Of a stretch of DNA of 60,000 nucleotides, positions 27,530 to 40,984 are shown piece after piece. The DNA lies in contig CM052817.1 of NCBI GenBank assembly GCA_028534125.1, forward strand, positions 12,340,001-12,400,000, given 5' to 3'. This stretch comes from Lama glama. Its lineage: Eukaryota. The notes under the pieces were generated by a model that saw nothing but the letters and a program-made list of their open reading frames with translations, searched no databases and was not told the origin of the DNA. The translations under genes and the position numbers were made by a program. Position 1 is the first letter of the stretch. The number at the start of each line of letters is the position of its first letter.

Positions 27530-27850
27530 CATACATATCTTTTTCTTGCAACTCCACATAACTTCTGCTGTGGGTGGAGTGTATTTTCCAAGACCATGAT
27601 GTTGGACTTGGCCATGTGATTTTCAGTGCTTAAAATTATCTTAGTAGACTTCTATATGTGGGCCTGGTTTGCCTTGCCCTTTTGAGCACCTAGGTTTTCT
27701 ATAAGAACATTCTACGAGTAACTTTTGATTAAAAAGTAGTAATTAGAAAACACACAGAGCAGAGCTGAACCTAACGCACAATGCAGAGCCAAGCCTGGCT
27801 GATCCTAAGTGGATGCCCCAGTGGACCCACAGACTATAAATATTTGAGAG
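27530..27850 (+). mobile_element. MaLR LTR fragment (MLT1I-like)
   Basis: gggtggagtgtatttt..gatgttggacttggccatgtga..gagcagagctgaacctaac. Confidence 0.6.
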
Positions 27851-29714
27851 AGTTCAGCAGCAAAACAAGTGCAGATACCCAGCGGTAGTCAATGGTGTGC
27901 TGAATAGCAGGTATTTTTTTGAAAATATAAGCACACAAAATCAATCCCTTCAAGAAAAATGAGTAGCCACATATTAGAATGTTATTCCTTAGAGGACTTG
28001 GGTAATTGCTGTTACACTCTGCCAACTTAAACCAGGGATTCCAGCTCATGCTGTTTTGTTTTCACAGACATGGATTCAGAACTTGACCATGATTTTTTAA
28101 TAATTAGTATATTAGCTCTTTATGAAATTCTTCCCTTCACTCCTGTGATTTTTAGTCAGCCCACAAACAGTGGGCTCACAATCCCTTTCCCTTCTAATCT
28201 ACACTGTTTTTATAACTTAAATAATTCACATCTCTAAGTTAATTACAAGTGCCCAATCAGGCAAAATTTCATTGATGGCATTGTGTTTGTATTTTCCTGT
28301 TTGTGTTAACTTTCTTCTTTTGTTCCAACAATCATATTGAAAACATATCTTATGTGTAGGTTATGAATGTGGGCTCTGTAACTAGACAGAAAATCAATCA
28401 CAATTATTTAATTTTGTTAAGCTTCAAATGCCTGTTCTTGCATGGATTAATATTAATTGCTTTTACAATTGTTGCCAGTGTTAAATAAGTCAATAAATTT
28501 CTTAGCAGAGTGGTTGACACGTAGTCAGTACTCAGTGGGCAGAGTAGGGGGCTGTGGGAAAGGACATGGTAACGCAAAAGACTGCCATTTTGATTTATCA
28601 TACAAGGGCCATCACAATATGGTCTAAAAGTGCCTTGGGAAATCTACACTACCAGATACCATCCTTGTACACTACAGGCCATTCATACAATTCCTCCTTG
28701 CTTTAGTGTGTGCTTGTTTATTCTTTCTATAATGTCTTTATTCTTCTCTTTTTTTTCCTAGCAGCCAAACTTCTCTATTTTAAGATGCAAGTCATATACT
28801 ACCTCCTCTGAGAGAGCCTCTGTGATCCATGCATGGTGAGTTTGTATATTTCACCTTCATTATCCTATGATATTCTGTTACTAAAATTATGAGCCTGTAT
28901 GCGAAACACCCATCAAATGGTCAGTTGCAAGAATGTCTGGGGACGTTTTTATTCATCTCCATAACACTAATGCCTCTGGCCATACTCAGTATGTGTTTAT
29001 TAAATGAATGGATATATGTATGCAAAACTGAATGAGAACGGTAGTTCACTTTTTTGTGAAACAAATATTAACATGTGAAGACTCTCTACACATTCATATT
29101 TCCTGCCAAAATTAGTAAACACAGACTCTTCCATGAATTTAATTTTCCATGTGTCCACATGTCCCAAGATCTGTGAATACCATACAAACCCTTCCAAATA
29201 TTCTTTTATATAATTTAAATGAGATCGTCAGTACCCACAGTTATATAACTTCAATATGTTGGATCTTGTTATTTTATTCAAAATGACTATCAGTTTGTCA
29301 TATTTGACATCTCAGGTAAATATTAAGCGTTTTAAGAATTTCTGTGAATTTTGCCGTTCTTGTTATGCTCTCCAAGTTGGATATTCTGTGTCTACATTTG
29401 GAGAGCACAGTTGGATGTCTTTATGAAGCCTTGAATAATTTTGATACTAATTTAACTGCAATAGACTAACTCCAGCATCTTGATTAACCTCAGTATTTTT
29501 AGTGCTCATTGAGGCATTTTTTTGTCAATGGTTTAAAGATTACAAAATTCAGAAGTGAACATCTGCTATTCTTTCCATCTTCACTACATAAAAAATTCAA
29601 TTGCGGAAGAAAATCAGAAAACCCTCCAGGACTAGGTATCTCCATATTGTCTTTGACTTCACTTTGATTTTCAATTTAAATACGTCTGTAGAGTTTTGTT
29701 ACAATAATAATTGT

Positions 29715-29970
29715 GTCAGACTGGGTACTCCCTATGTGCCAGGCATTGTATAGACTTTAGATAAATTACTCATTGAATTCTAAGTTGGTACTAAGAAGTA
29801 GCTATCATTATCTTTATCATATGCAGATACATGGATAGACAGGTGGATAAAGAGATGTGGAGCCTCAGGTAAATTAATTTGCCTACAGACACATATTTAA
29901 TAAGCAGCCAAACCTGGCTTTGAATTCAGTTCTAAAAAATTCCAAATCCCTTACTCTTTTCATGTACCAC
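29715..29970 (-). mobile_element. MIR SINE
   Basis: ctatgtgccaggcattgta..tactcattgaattc..ggctttgaattcag. Confidence 0.7.
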
Positions 29971-30063
29971 ATGGCCTCTGTGCTATTTTGCATTTAAAAG
30001 AGGAATTTAGTTGTTTAGTTGGAGTATGTAATAAAGTATTTCATAACCGAGACAATTCCAGCC

Positions 30064-30106
30064 AAACACACACACAAACACACACACATGCACACACACA
30101 AACACA
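30064..30106. repeat. (CA)n-rich microsatellite
   Basis: aaacacacacacaaacacacacacatgcacacacacaaacaca seen directly. Confidence 0.95.
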
Positions 30107-30886
30107 GAATGACTTTGGTCCCCATTTCCCAAACTTGGCAAAGTCTTGATGTGTAATTATAATATACCAAGCATAGCCTAGAGAGCTAGAGGGTAATTTT
30201 ATCCTGATGTTCTTTTGATATAAATGAGCAGGAAAGGCAAAAAATATTCCAGTCTTCCTCTTATTAACCAAATGAACATCTGAGCAACCTGCTTGAAACA
30301 CTCTTTGATGTAATTTGTGGATCTTAGCAAAGTTCTGCCGAGAGCACTGTTGTAAAGATGAATAAGGGCATTATTACAAAGTCAACAAAAATATAGATCC
30401 TTGATACAATCATTTAAATAGAGTCCATGATGTAACTTAAGTACACAAGTGTAAAATGGAGAACACAAATGACGAATTGTGCACATGTTGGGCAGAATGT
30501 TATTTTTTATCAGATTAAGTATGTTAACTGACTAAAAAGGCGAATTTTGTCATTAAAATAAATGTTTAGTTCTCTTGTTACGTCACAGTACCTTGTTCAC
30601 TTCCAATATAACACTAATTATATTTATAAATTAAATAGATTTATTTGCTTCATGCTTGCTTTTCTTCAATAAAAATGTTTTCCAGAGCAAGAACTAAGTT
30701 TATCATGTATCCTTAATCCTAACACTAGTAAATACTCAGTAAGTATATTGTTGCATAAATATCATCAATGGATCTATTTAGATGGTCTTGCTCATAACCA
30801 GTCTAATAGACAACAATCAAAGTAAAATGTCATCTTAGCTTAAAATATTTTAAACTATTTATTTTAAAGTGCAATATAAAATAACG

Positions 30887-31075
30887 TTCCAAACCCAGCT
30901 TTGCTGTGTACTAGTTATATGACCTTGGGCAAGTTATTTAATCTCTTAATGCCGTTTCCTCATTTTAAATTAATAATGTCTACATCCTAGCATTTTTGTA
31001 GGGATTTCAAGAATCGACATCAGTATCTAGTATAGTGCCTAGTAGGGACTATATAAATGTTGGTCTTATTTTTAT
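30887..31075 (+). mobile_element. MIR SINE
   Basis: aaacccagct..actagttatatgaccttgggcaagttatttaatctct..gtttcctcat. Confidence 0.85.
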
Positions 31076-32349
31076 TCTTTATTAAAGATTAGGCATTTTC
31101 CCTCTACACCATGATATCTAGCCACGTTGAGGGGATGCGGTTGAGGAAAATGATGATGTGTAAGGGATGATCCTTAATCTCTTAATGGAGACTTTTCTAG
31201 CACTAGGAGTTTTCCACCAGGGCAGTCACTTTTGCTTTCATAATTAAGCAGATTAAGAAAACTCCATAGAAATTAAAAACAAACAAGCAAGTGGGAATAG
31301 GCTGCCGCAATGGAAAAAGTATAAATATTGCTGAACAATAGACTTACTTTCAAATTCTGGTGATGATTGTGATCTTAGATGAGCACCTTTTTGATTTCTG
31401 GTTTTTTCATCTGTGAAGTGGGATTTGTTTAAAAAAATTTTTTTAAGATTATAACGTGCAGAATCTTAGCAAAATTGTCATTTCTGCCAGAGAATTTTAT
31501 AACTCTTCTTTGATTTAATACATTTACTTATCAACAACTGGCTCCTCAAACAACCTGAAGTTGCATGGCCCTAGTGGTTTATCATCTGCTCCCTGGTCCA
31601 GAGGAACTGAGAGGGGATTGCAGTGACTTGCAGTGTGACTTAGCAGCGACAGTACTCAACAAAGCCTGTGGATTCTAAGCCACCATTCTGGCTCCTGCAC
31701 ATTCTCATGTGTTGGAACTTGAGGAAAGGACTATATTTCCAAGCCTTTGGCTAGCCATGCTGAGTTTATGATTATTATACTTAATCATAATGAAGACCAA
31801 ATGAGAAAATGTAAGTGGAGACGTATTCAGATCTATAATGTGCTATGCAAATGTAATAGCTTGGGACCCAAATGTTACAAACATGGAACACTTGCTTCAG
31901 AACCCAGTGGGGGCAAGTTTCATTCATTTGGATCCAGCAGGCATTGCTAGGGAATATGGCTGGGCATTTGGCATCCTAGAATTAAAACAGGAGCTATTAA
32001 TATGTCTCTGACTATCGTGAGGTTCATTCATAATTCACTCTGCCCGAGCTTCACTGCTAAAAAATCCGCTGAAATACAGCCCAGCCCACTCAGTACAGCT
32101 TATTTACCAACCTCATTGCACACCTTCCACGTGACGTGGAGCCATCCATCAGGGACACGTACAGTATTTTGGGCTCTGCTATTTCTTTTAGCAAGAAAAA
32201 TACTGCTTTTAAACTGTTGCTAGATGAAAACTGCAATTTTTAATGCTATCTTACATTTATACCAAACAAATTAACATAGATGCCACAACACAAACAACTT
32301 AGTCTTTCTTTCAAGCGTTACCAATTGTAACAGTAAAGTCAAGAGATGA

Positions 32350-32711
32350 TATATTAATTTGCTAGGGCTTTCATATCGAAGTATCCCTAACTGGGTGAAT
32401 TAAACAGCAGAAGTTTATTGTCTCACAGTCCTGGAGTTTAGAAATCTGAGATGAAGGTGTCAGAGAGCTGAATTTTCCCAGGCTTCTCTCCTTGGCTTGT
32501 AAATGACCATCTTTTCCTTGTGTCTTCATATGGCTTTCTCTGCTTGTGTGTGCATTCTAATTGCCTCTTCTTGTAAGGATACTGGTCATATTAGAATAAA
32601 GCTCATCCTAATGACCTGACTTTAACTTAATTATCTCTCAAAGACCCAAATATAGTCACATTCTGGGGTACTGAGAGTTAATTTTTGGAGGACACAAATC
32701 AGCCAAAAACA
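32350..32711 (-). mobile_element. MaLR solo LTR (MLT1B-like)
   Basis: tattaatttgctagggct..tttattgtctcacagtcctggag..gtcacattctggggtactg..ggacacaaatcagccaaaaaca. Confidence 0.88.
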
Positions 32712-32899
32712 GATAGTTATGGAAGTGCAAAGCACATACTTCTAAGAGAATTTGATGGAATATTTTCAAACATTTTCTCCACTTTTTTAATTAACAAAGA
32801 TTTAGCAAACATTTACTAAATAACAACTTGGAGCAGGAATCTACATTATCCTCTAAGAAATAATCAGGTGGAGACACAATTAAAGTAAAAGTAAGAATT

Positions 32900-33070
32900 C
32901 TATAATTTTTAATAATCTTCATAACCACCCTGTGTTATTATGCCCATTTTGGGAAAAAGTAAACTGAGACAAAAGAGGTTAAGTTTCGTGTTTAGAATCA
33001 TATAGGTGGTAGCTGGTAGTCCCGCTAGTCAATTCCAGAACTGTCAGATTCCACAGCCCATAATTTTTAT
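32900..33070 (-). mobile_element. MIR SINE
   Basis: aatcttcataaccaccctgtg..atgcccattttg..aaactgagac..gaggttaagt. Confidence 0.7.
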
Positions 33071-33594
33071 TCTATTTAAAAAAAATGTTTTTTTCTCTAA
33101 TATGCTGACTCTACAGGAATGCATGGAGGCTGGACTAATCAGCTATCATTAGGGACTTCAAAGAATGAAATCTTTATCAAGGATTGGCTTCGGGGGTAAG
33201 CTGCAGAGTATGACCTTAATGCTCACACTCGTAAACCTCTGCTCTCCCCAACAGCCCTACATTGTGTAGTCCAGAGGTTCAAAATCCCTTCTTCTCCTAG
33301 AAGGATGAAAGCTGGGTACCAGGAAGCTTTGCTGTGGTTTAACAGCCAGCGAGTCAGAAGATAAATCCAAAAAATACAGAAGGTGGCAAGGGATTCAATG
33401 ATACAAGCCGAAAGAGCAGAATGAAGAAAATGGCAGACCCGGGAGGCCAGGGTGAGATCAGAAAGCAAGGACGACTCCGAGGCATTAACGTGCATGGAGA
33501 GAGATGGTGTGAAATATCTCAGAAAACCAGCTCCGGGGCAGGTCTTGGAGGACATCGAATGCCACAGTAAGGGATTTGTGCAGCGGTTTCTAGG

Positions 33595-33725
33595 CCGGTG
33601 GTTCTAAACATTTGTTGTGCAAAGGAAACACGTGGAGGACTAGGGACCTATTCCCAGAGTTATTTATCTTGTACCTCAGAAAATTCTGAACCTAAGTTTC
33701 CGTATGTCCCACATTGAGAACTATG
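33595..33725. mobile_element. MER5-like hAT MITE, degraded, within an antisense L2-like segment (~33300-33830)
   Basis: Ends cggtggttctaaac ... cacattgagaactatg resemble MER5 TIRs, next to a ctag target. Confidence 0.45.
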
Positions 33726-34896
33726 TCTGTAAACGGAGTACAGCCAGGAGGGGACGGTGAGCAGGAGAATGAGACACTGGCAGATGAAGACTGGGAAACT
33801 GGGAGACCAGTTAGGACATAATTTCAGTAGATGTGAAGGTAGTTATACATTCCACGTATTTCACACTTTAATACACATATAGTATTCTTTTATTCAGCTT
33901 AGTGGAAGAAAAGTTGTTTGTTGTTTTAAACCAAGATTGAAACTGTGTGCAGTCTCAAATAATCTCAGAAAGCATTTTAATTCTCTGTAAGCATCTTGCT
34001 GCTTATCGGATTGTTTTTCCTTTAGCTTAAATCTAATAAGATAATAAAGCCACTAAGAAAGGATTAGTGATCCCTGACCTGTTCCTCTAAGATGCTTTTA
34101 CCACTGGTATTATGAATCAACTGAGCTGACTTAAGTAAAATAAACGACATCCTTTACTTTGTTTAATCTGGCAGTCAGAAAGACCAAGGTCTTTCTTAAT
34201 GTTCCTGCCAAAGTTTCCTCGGAGTTCATTGCAAATCCTTTTCCCTGGTGAAGGGATGCAGTCTCCTTTTCTGGTTGTCTTCCTTGCTCCCAAGAGCAGT
34301 TCTGGGAGAAAGTAAGGTGACCAACTCAAGAGGACACGTGTATATTTGCCCACAAGTTCACGGGAACTTGACTTAATCAGAATGCTGTCACAACAGAGGC
34401 TTCCAGTTAACTAGACTTTCTCATTGACAAAAGGTGAATCCTATACTTCAACCCATGCTTTGATTCAACCCATGTTTAAAATCACAAGGCAGAGACTAAT
34501 TTATATTTATGTTTATAGGTTAGAAACAGGACCTATAGGGTTTCACCCAGAATGAGTATTCAAGAAAAACAAAACATGACGATTACTGAGTCGGACTTCT
34601 ATCTTAATACACTTAATTTAGTGAGTAATATTTAATCTCTTTATGGTATAGATATTCTAGTCTCTTTCCTTTCTAAAACTTCATAATGATCTTCTATTAA
34701 TAAAATACTGCCATTATTATGGAAATAATAGTATCTTTCTGGAACATTTAGAAAATATAAAAGCAAAATTAAGAAATTAAAAATACCCCCATCCTCACTA
34801 GAAAGAAAGAAATATTTTTATAAAAATTTTTTAAAGTATTTAGTTGTTTAAAGATATGCATTTTGGCATATCGTTAGGCCCATATATTCAAGCAGA

Positions 34897-34915
34897 ATAT
34901 ATATATATATATATA
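34897..34915. repeat. (TA)n microsatellite
   Basis: atatatatatatatatata seen directly. Confidence 0.95.
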
Positions 34916-35909
34916 TGCATAAATATGTGTACAGGATTCACACATAGATGCATAGTTCATGATACAAAGCTGATGCCAATAGATTTAGATTTTGCCTAGT
35001 ACAGCAAGTTTAGCCAAAAGGCTTTTATGTGATATTACTGATTAGAAATAATAGTACACTTCCAGACTTACATCAAATTGTGTTTCATTAAAGATGGTGT
35101 ATCCATTAATTTATTTACTTACTCATTCAACATTTATTGAGCTACTGCTTTATCTGAAACCCCATGGTCAGCATCGTTGGAATGCACATTTGCAGAGTGT
35201 ACACTGTCAAGCCTCAAACAGTTAGCTGACAAAGTAGTATCCAGGCTTGTGAAAGAGACAGTATTGTCTTTCACCCAACAGCTCCCAGTAGTGCCTCTGC
35301 AGTCTACATAACTCACTTGCTTACAAGGTTTATGACTCTGCACAATAGAATAGGACTTGGGCTATAAGATGGCTGTGTATGTCAGAGAGAAGTTCGGGAG
35401 CTGGAGAAGTTCTTGGGCCATTCAACAAAAATATTTACCCTCTGGGACAAGAGATACATCCTCATTCTCTGGTCTCTGCTTACTGGGACAATGGAGTCTG
35501 GAGTTGAGTAAAACAGATAGTCATTCTGTTTGTATTATTAAGACCAAGGAGAGAATTAAACAACACTATGACTTTTGTACTTACCAAATAGTGCCATCAT
35601 GGTTGATTTACTATTGTTCTGGTTGAAATAAAGTATTTTTTAGGTTATTAGGCTGTTTTGTACCAGTTCAGTAAAATCATTTTTGAAATGAATATATCTG
35701 ATTTCACTTTGAAATGTTTTTAATATTTTGTTTTATTTTGGAAACTTGGTCCAATTTTTTCAGTTTAGGTTATTTTGAGATTTAATAAAATATTTTGTTT
35801 CAATCTTATCTCTGGTTCTTGATCACCTAGATATAACCTGAAGGTCACATCATCCTGATTGTGTCTTCAGAAATCTAGTCAATTGTGTAGTAAACTTGTA
35901 TAAAACTCA

Positions 35910-36330
35910 CCATTCATTCTTTATTCATTCTTTTATTCAATAAATATGTATTGTACATCTACAATGTATCAGATTTTGTGTTAGATGCTGGATGCTGGGC
36001 CAGTTGAATAAGACATGATGACTTGAGATAATATAGAACAAGCACTTTGAATGAGTATGCATATGAAGCCAACAAAGTATAAAACAAGGGGATCTCATAA
36101 AAACTGTATATTCTGAAAAGGTTTTTTGAGAAGAATAGAATGCAGGAGATATTGAGAATGGGCTACCATGAGCTGTTTGGGGAAATATAAAATAGTACCA
36201 TATGGTAGATGTTATGATTGAGAATGTTTGAGTAAATAGAAGAGGTGAGCATTAGGAAGAAGACAAATTATGAGAGATCTCATTTGTAGGTGATACAGCA
36301 ACTATGAAGGTAGTATTTTGATCAACTTTG
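35910..36330 (-). mobile_element. L2 LINE 3' portion
   Basis: cattcattc..attcaataaatatgtattg..gtgttagatgctgg..gaataagacatg. Confidence 0.6.
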
Positions 36331-36429
36331 TATTCAGGATTTTGTTAGTCATCAGACTTTCTATAAACAAATGTGGTAAAGTGGTGATCATTAACAATGA
36401 TAAGATTCGAATCTTGCTTCTCTACCTTT

Positions 36430-36768
36430 TTTTCTCATGCTGTGTCCTTTTCCTAGAGTGACTTTACCCACTACTTCTATGCAGAAAATCCCTGCTCATC
36501 TTTTAAAACTGACTTCAAGATCACTGTTCTGGAAAGCATTTCTTACCTCCTATCCACGCAGACACACTTTTCCTCTGTGCCCTTTATCCACATGAGCACT
36601 TAATTCATTGCAACTGCACTGACATTGTGTCTGTCAGATTCCTTCACTGATCTATGAGATCAATGAGAAAGTGATTGTGACCAACTCATCTTTGAATGCC
36701 TTGTTCCCAGCTTACGGAATAAAATGGAGCAGAGTCAATCAATGCTAGTTGAAATTTTGAAAGAATGA
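36430..36768 (+). mobile_element. L2 LINE 3' end
   Basis: tcctgctcatcttttaaaact..ctatgagatcaatgagaa..ctcatctttgaat..tcaatcaatgctagttga. Confidence 0.65.
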
Positions 36769-37371
36769 GCATGGCCTTTCTAAAGAAAGACTGGCCCCCT
36801 GATCAGTACTGTGTTACCTCCTCTATCCTTTGGCATCAAAAATGTCTTCAATTGGATTATTTTATAATAAATTGTGTGATCTGTTTTCATATGGTTATTA
36901 AACAATGCATACATAGTCAAAATTTAAGAAGTTCTAAAGAGCAAAGGGCAGAAAACACCAAAATTCTAGCACCTAGAGACAATCAATGGTAGCATTTTGG
37001 AATCTGTGCTTACAACGTACTAAATTTTATCACGGAAAGGTTGATTTTGTTTTGTTTTTTACTGTATGTGGTACACAGCAACCAGTTTAGTTAAACTTAC
37101 TGTATCAGTTTATTAAACGTCTTCCTCACTCCATCTTTTAATGACTGACTGCGTGATATTTCATCATATGGGTTGGTTATAATTTGTTAGCCATTTTCCT
37201 TTGTAGGAAAGCAATATTATATTTTGTTTTGGTTTTAAAGAACTTCTCATTGTAATAACTAATGATGTGAAGAATGTTATTTTACCTAAGTCTTTGAGCT
37301 TCTCACTGATATTTTATGTGGTTTATGTAGGTAAAGGAGTACCAGAGTTGGAGACTTTCATACACATTTTT

Positions 37372-38007
37372 ATTTTTTATATTTTAAACATTTTTTATTG
37401 AGTAATAATCATTTTACAATGCTGTGTCAAATTCCAGTGTACAGCACAATTTTTCAGTTATACATGAACATACATATATTCATTGTCACATTTTTTTTTC
37501 ACTGTGAGCTACCACAAGATCTTATATATATTTCCCTGTGCTATACAATATAATCTTGTTTATTTATTCTACATTTTAAAATCCCAGTCTATCCCTTCCC
37601 ACCCCCTGCCCCCTTGGCAACCACAAGTTTGTATTCTATGTCTATGAGTCTGTTTCTGTTTTATATTTTTTTTTTTTAGATTCCACATATTAGTAATCAC
37701 ATATGGTATTTTTCTTTCTCTTTCTGGCTTACTTCACTTAAAATGACATTCTCCAGGACCATCCATGTTGCTGCAAATGGTGTTATGTTGTCTGTTTTTG
37801 TGGCTGAATAGTATTCCATTTTATAAATATACCACATCTTCTTTATCCAGTCATCTGTTGATGGACATTTAGGCTGTTTCCATGTCTTGGTTACTGTAAA
37901 TAGTGCCTCTATGAACATTGGGGTGCAGGTGTCATTTTGAAGTAGTGTTCCTTCTGGATATATGCCCAGGAGTGGGATTCCTGGGTCATATGGTAAGTCT
38001 ATTCCTA
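37372..38007 (-). mobile_element. Young 5'-truncated LINE-1 (camelid-like): ORF2 C-terminus, 3' UTR, poly(A), TSD
   Basis: T-rich tail at left, C-rich 3' UTR tract, ORF2 peptide; flanked by agactttcatacacattttt (37352) and agactttcatatatattttt (38008). Confidence 0.95.
37697..38007 (-). pseudogene. LINE-1 ORF2p C-terminal fragment (non-functional, 5'-truncated)
   Basis: LGIDLPYDPGIPLLGIYP..CTPMFIEALFTVTKTWKQPKCPSTDDWIKKMWYIYKMEYYSA..ILSEVSQ is the canonical L1 ORF2 C-terminus. Confidence 0.95.
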
Positions 38008-39024
38008 AGACTTTCATATATATTTTTTAATTGCCAACTGGAAATGTTAAATAATTTACACTGCCACAAGCAATGGCTAAGAATATGAATTTCTTTGAAT
38101 AGTTTAATATTATTATTATTATTACAAACTATCAATTTGATGAAATAGGTGTATCATTTTAAAGTTTGCATTTTTTAATTATAAAAAAAGTTTGGGTATT
38201 TGGATATTTTCATATTACTAGACAACTATTATTCATTGTGTAGTTATTTGTTATAATTATACAATTATTAACTTGCAGATTTATCAGACTATATTGAATT
38301 GCTACAAATTGTTTATTTGTTGTATTTTCTATTTTTTAAGAATACCTTTATGATATATGGCATAAATTTTCCTCATTTGCATTCTAATGCTAATGAATTG
38401 ACCACAAGTCACATTTTGTTCAGTCGTGTTTTACAGCTAAATATTAGTGTAATACTGGGGATCCTTGACTTCTTCCTTGAGTTTGACACTAATGTGAATG
38501 TCTTGCTAGCATTACTCATAATTTATATTAGCTTTTAAGATCAGTGATAGATTTCTTTCTCATAAGAAAATATCATTTCATTCTTGGTTCACTAAATTTT
38601 ACTTTATTTAGGCATAGATGATGCATTTTATCAAATATTTTATACATTTAACTGGATGTAATTCTTTTGTAACTGCAGGAATTAATGACATGAGTTGATT
38701 TTCTAATATTGAAACACTTGATGTAACTGTGTAACTTCCTACATTTTTATGGTTCCCTTATTCTTTCAAGAAAATGAGAAGCAGATAAATATTTGCATCC
38801 TTAGTCATAAATGAGTTTGGCCCTCATTTTCTTTTACTGAGATTTCTTTGTCATGTTGGGACTTTAGGGTTCATTGACTGGATCAGTCTTACGATTTGGA
38901 AATTTTGAGACTGTTTCCTGTTTTAATTAAGTTAATAATCTATGGGTTAGTAAAAATTGCTGCCTTTGAAAAATGGAGCAGTCAGCTGTAGCTCTTACCC
39001 TCTTATTCCAAGGCACTATTATAT

Positions 39025-39230
39025 TTTGCTAGTAGAATTTTAGTAACCTTCCAACCAGTGTCCTGTGTCCACCCTTGTGAACCTACATTCTATTCTCCAC
39101 ACAGCAGTCAGTGATCCTTTCAAAACACAAATCAAATTATGTCAATCTTTTGTGTAAAATCCTCTAAAGGCATCTCCTGTCACTGAGAGTATAAGACTAA
39201 ACATGCTTTCCATGAATTCACAGTCCTCAA
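39025..39230 (+). mobile_element. L2 LINE fragment
   Basis: tctattctccacacagcagtcagtgatcctttcaaaacacaaatc. Confidence 0.75.
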
Positions 39231-39833
39231 CTTGTACCATAGAAAACAGTACTAGTCATGAGTCAATTCACTGAATACACAAATAAAGCATGGATGTAGC
39301 ATAGTTGGAGGGGGTACACTCCACCCCCTGCAGCATTGCCTTTTATTCCTCAACCCCAGATGGAGCTGGGATAGAACTCACTCCCCTTAGAATCTCACTA
39401 TATCTATTCAGTGTCATCTGAATGTTACAGGGCAGGTGGTGGGGTGTTTCTGTAGGAAATGTAATAAATAGGCCATGGCATAAGATCAAATGGAGTCATA
39501 AGCTAATATAAGTACACACACAAATGTATGCAGGTAGGTATGTGTATGTATGGACGTTTGTGCATATTATTAATAAAGGTAGGGCATGCATATTTTTTAA
39601 ACACATGAATTATGAAATATTAAGTATGGGCTTGTTTTTTCTGCAGTGATGTAAACTGGAAAATCTTTTGGCTGGAAGGACTCCAACCCAAACAACGCCA
39701 TACCTGAAATTCCATGAAACGCCCCACCTCCTTTCTATCTGGTTCTCCCCAGATAGATTATTTTGGTTCAGTTATGCCTCTGCAATTAATTTATTTCATA
39801 TGACTGTAAATCACATCTACAATGAATCCAACT

Positions 39834-39933
39834 NNNNNNNNNNNNNNNNNNNNNNNNNNNNNNNNNNNNNNNNNNNNNNNNNNNNNNNNNNNNNNNNNNN
39901 NNNNNNNNNNNNNNNNNNNNNNNNNNNNNNNNN
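39834..39933. other. Assembly gap (100 N)
   Basis: Run of exactly 100 N, typical of a scaffold join of unknown size. Confidence 0.99.
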
Positions 39934-40035
39934 GGTCTCCCAAGCCTTTTCATTATATAGCATACAGAATGGTAGGTTCTGATCTTATTAGTTTAGACCT
40001 GGTCAACAAGATCACAAAACGCAGAATGTTTACTG

Positions 40036-40535
40036 TGTGAATGAAAAATACTGCAAACCATATCAGTAAACAAAGAATGCTGAAATCATGATGTCATCAG
40101 CCGCTGCCGCAACACCCCCCAGGGAAGACAAGCCTGCAGCCCGGCCTCTGCAGCCACTCACAACCGTGCCCTCTGAGGGGACTCAGAATAAGAAAGGACA
40201 GGATACTGGCCCTAGATAGCTAGGTGCTTGTCAAAGAAATGAATTCAGTGAGCCCAAATGTTTGCTCCCTCCCATATACAGAAAAGTGCTAAATTCTTCA
40301 ACTTGAGATGCCTGGTTTTCTTTCCTTAACAAGTAATCTTTTAATGTTCCAACTACCTGGTCTTTGTTGTAAAGCTCCTATATATCCTAGACCCTCCCCT
40401 ACCTCTTCGGAGCAGTCCCTCAGAGCGATCTGAGAGGCTGTCATCACAGGCTCAAAGGGTTTCGAGTCCTCAGAGATGTGCGCCAAACAAAGCATAATTC
40501 TCAACTTTCAGGTTGCGCATTTATTTCAGTCGACA
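40036..40535 (+). mobile_element. ERV1-type solo LTR copy A (MER41/MER65-like, lineage-specific), 500 bp
   Basis: TG...CA termini, perfect 4-bp TSD actg/actg, TATA-like tatata at 40379, poly(A) position reads AACAAA at 40486, ends ttcagtcgaca. Confidence 0.93.
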
Positions 40536-40984
40536 ACTGTATGGGCAATGAGTGGGACAGAGGTGACTGATCTGGGTAGTTCAGTCCTGAAGTCTGCAAG
40601 GATGAAGTAAAAAAAGCTCTTCTGAATCTGCTACAGATTAGTGAGGCAAATATACATAAAAACAGTAATAAAGAAATAAATTGCTTTAAAGAAGCCAGAA
40701 ATAAATGTCAGAAAAAAACATTAAAAGAATAAAAAGACCCTGACATTTCAAAGCCTTGCTACATAGATATGGCTTTAATATCTGATATGTTTGGCCTCAG
40801 AAAGCTGTCAATTATGTTGAAAATGTAAAAAGCATCTGCGATATCATTTATCTAAGAATGGTCAATGATTTCAAACCTGCTTACTTCTCAGTTCTTATTT
40901 ATCAGTCAACATGTACACAGTTGTTGGTATTCTGAAGTCCAAACCATTTTTGCAAATGTGATAATTCACTGGCCATTCATGGGT

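Larger units (their letters stand above)
37050..38800 (-). mobile_element. Ancient L1 (L1ME-like) fragment, split by a younger L1
   Basis: tttaatgactg..tatttcatcatatg..ataatttg and aatttacactgccacaagcaatg, ttgcattttttaattata, tgcattttatcaaat on both sides of the insert. Confidence 0.55.

Noticed and set aside
39309..39329. Hairpin agggggt-N7-accccct
   Set aside because: A 7-bp stem is expected by chance in 60 kb; no RNA-gene features
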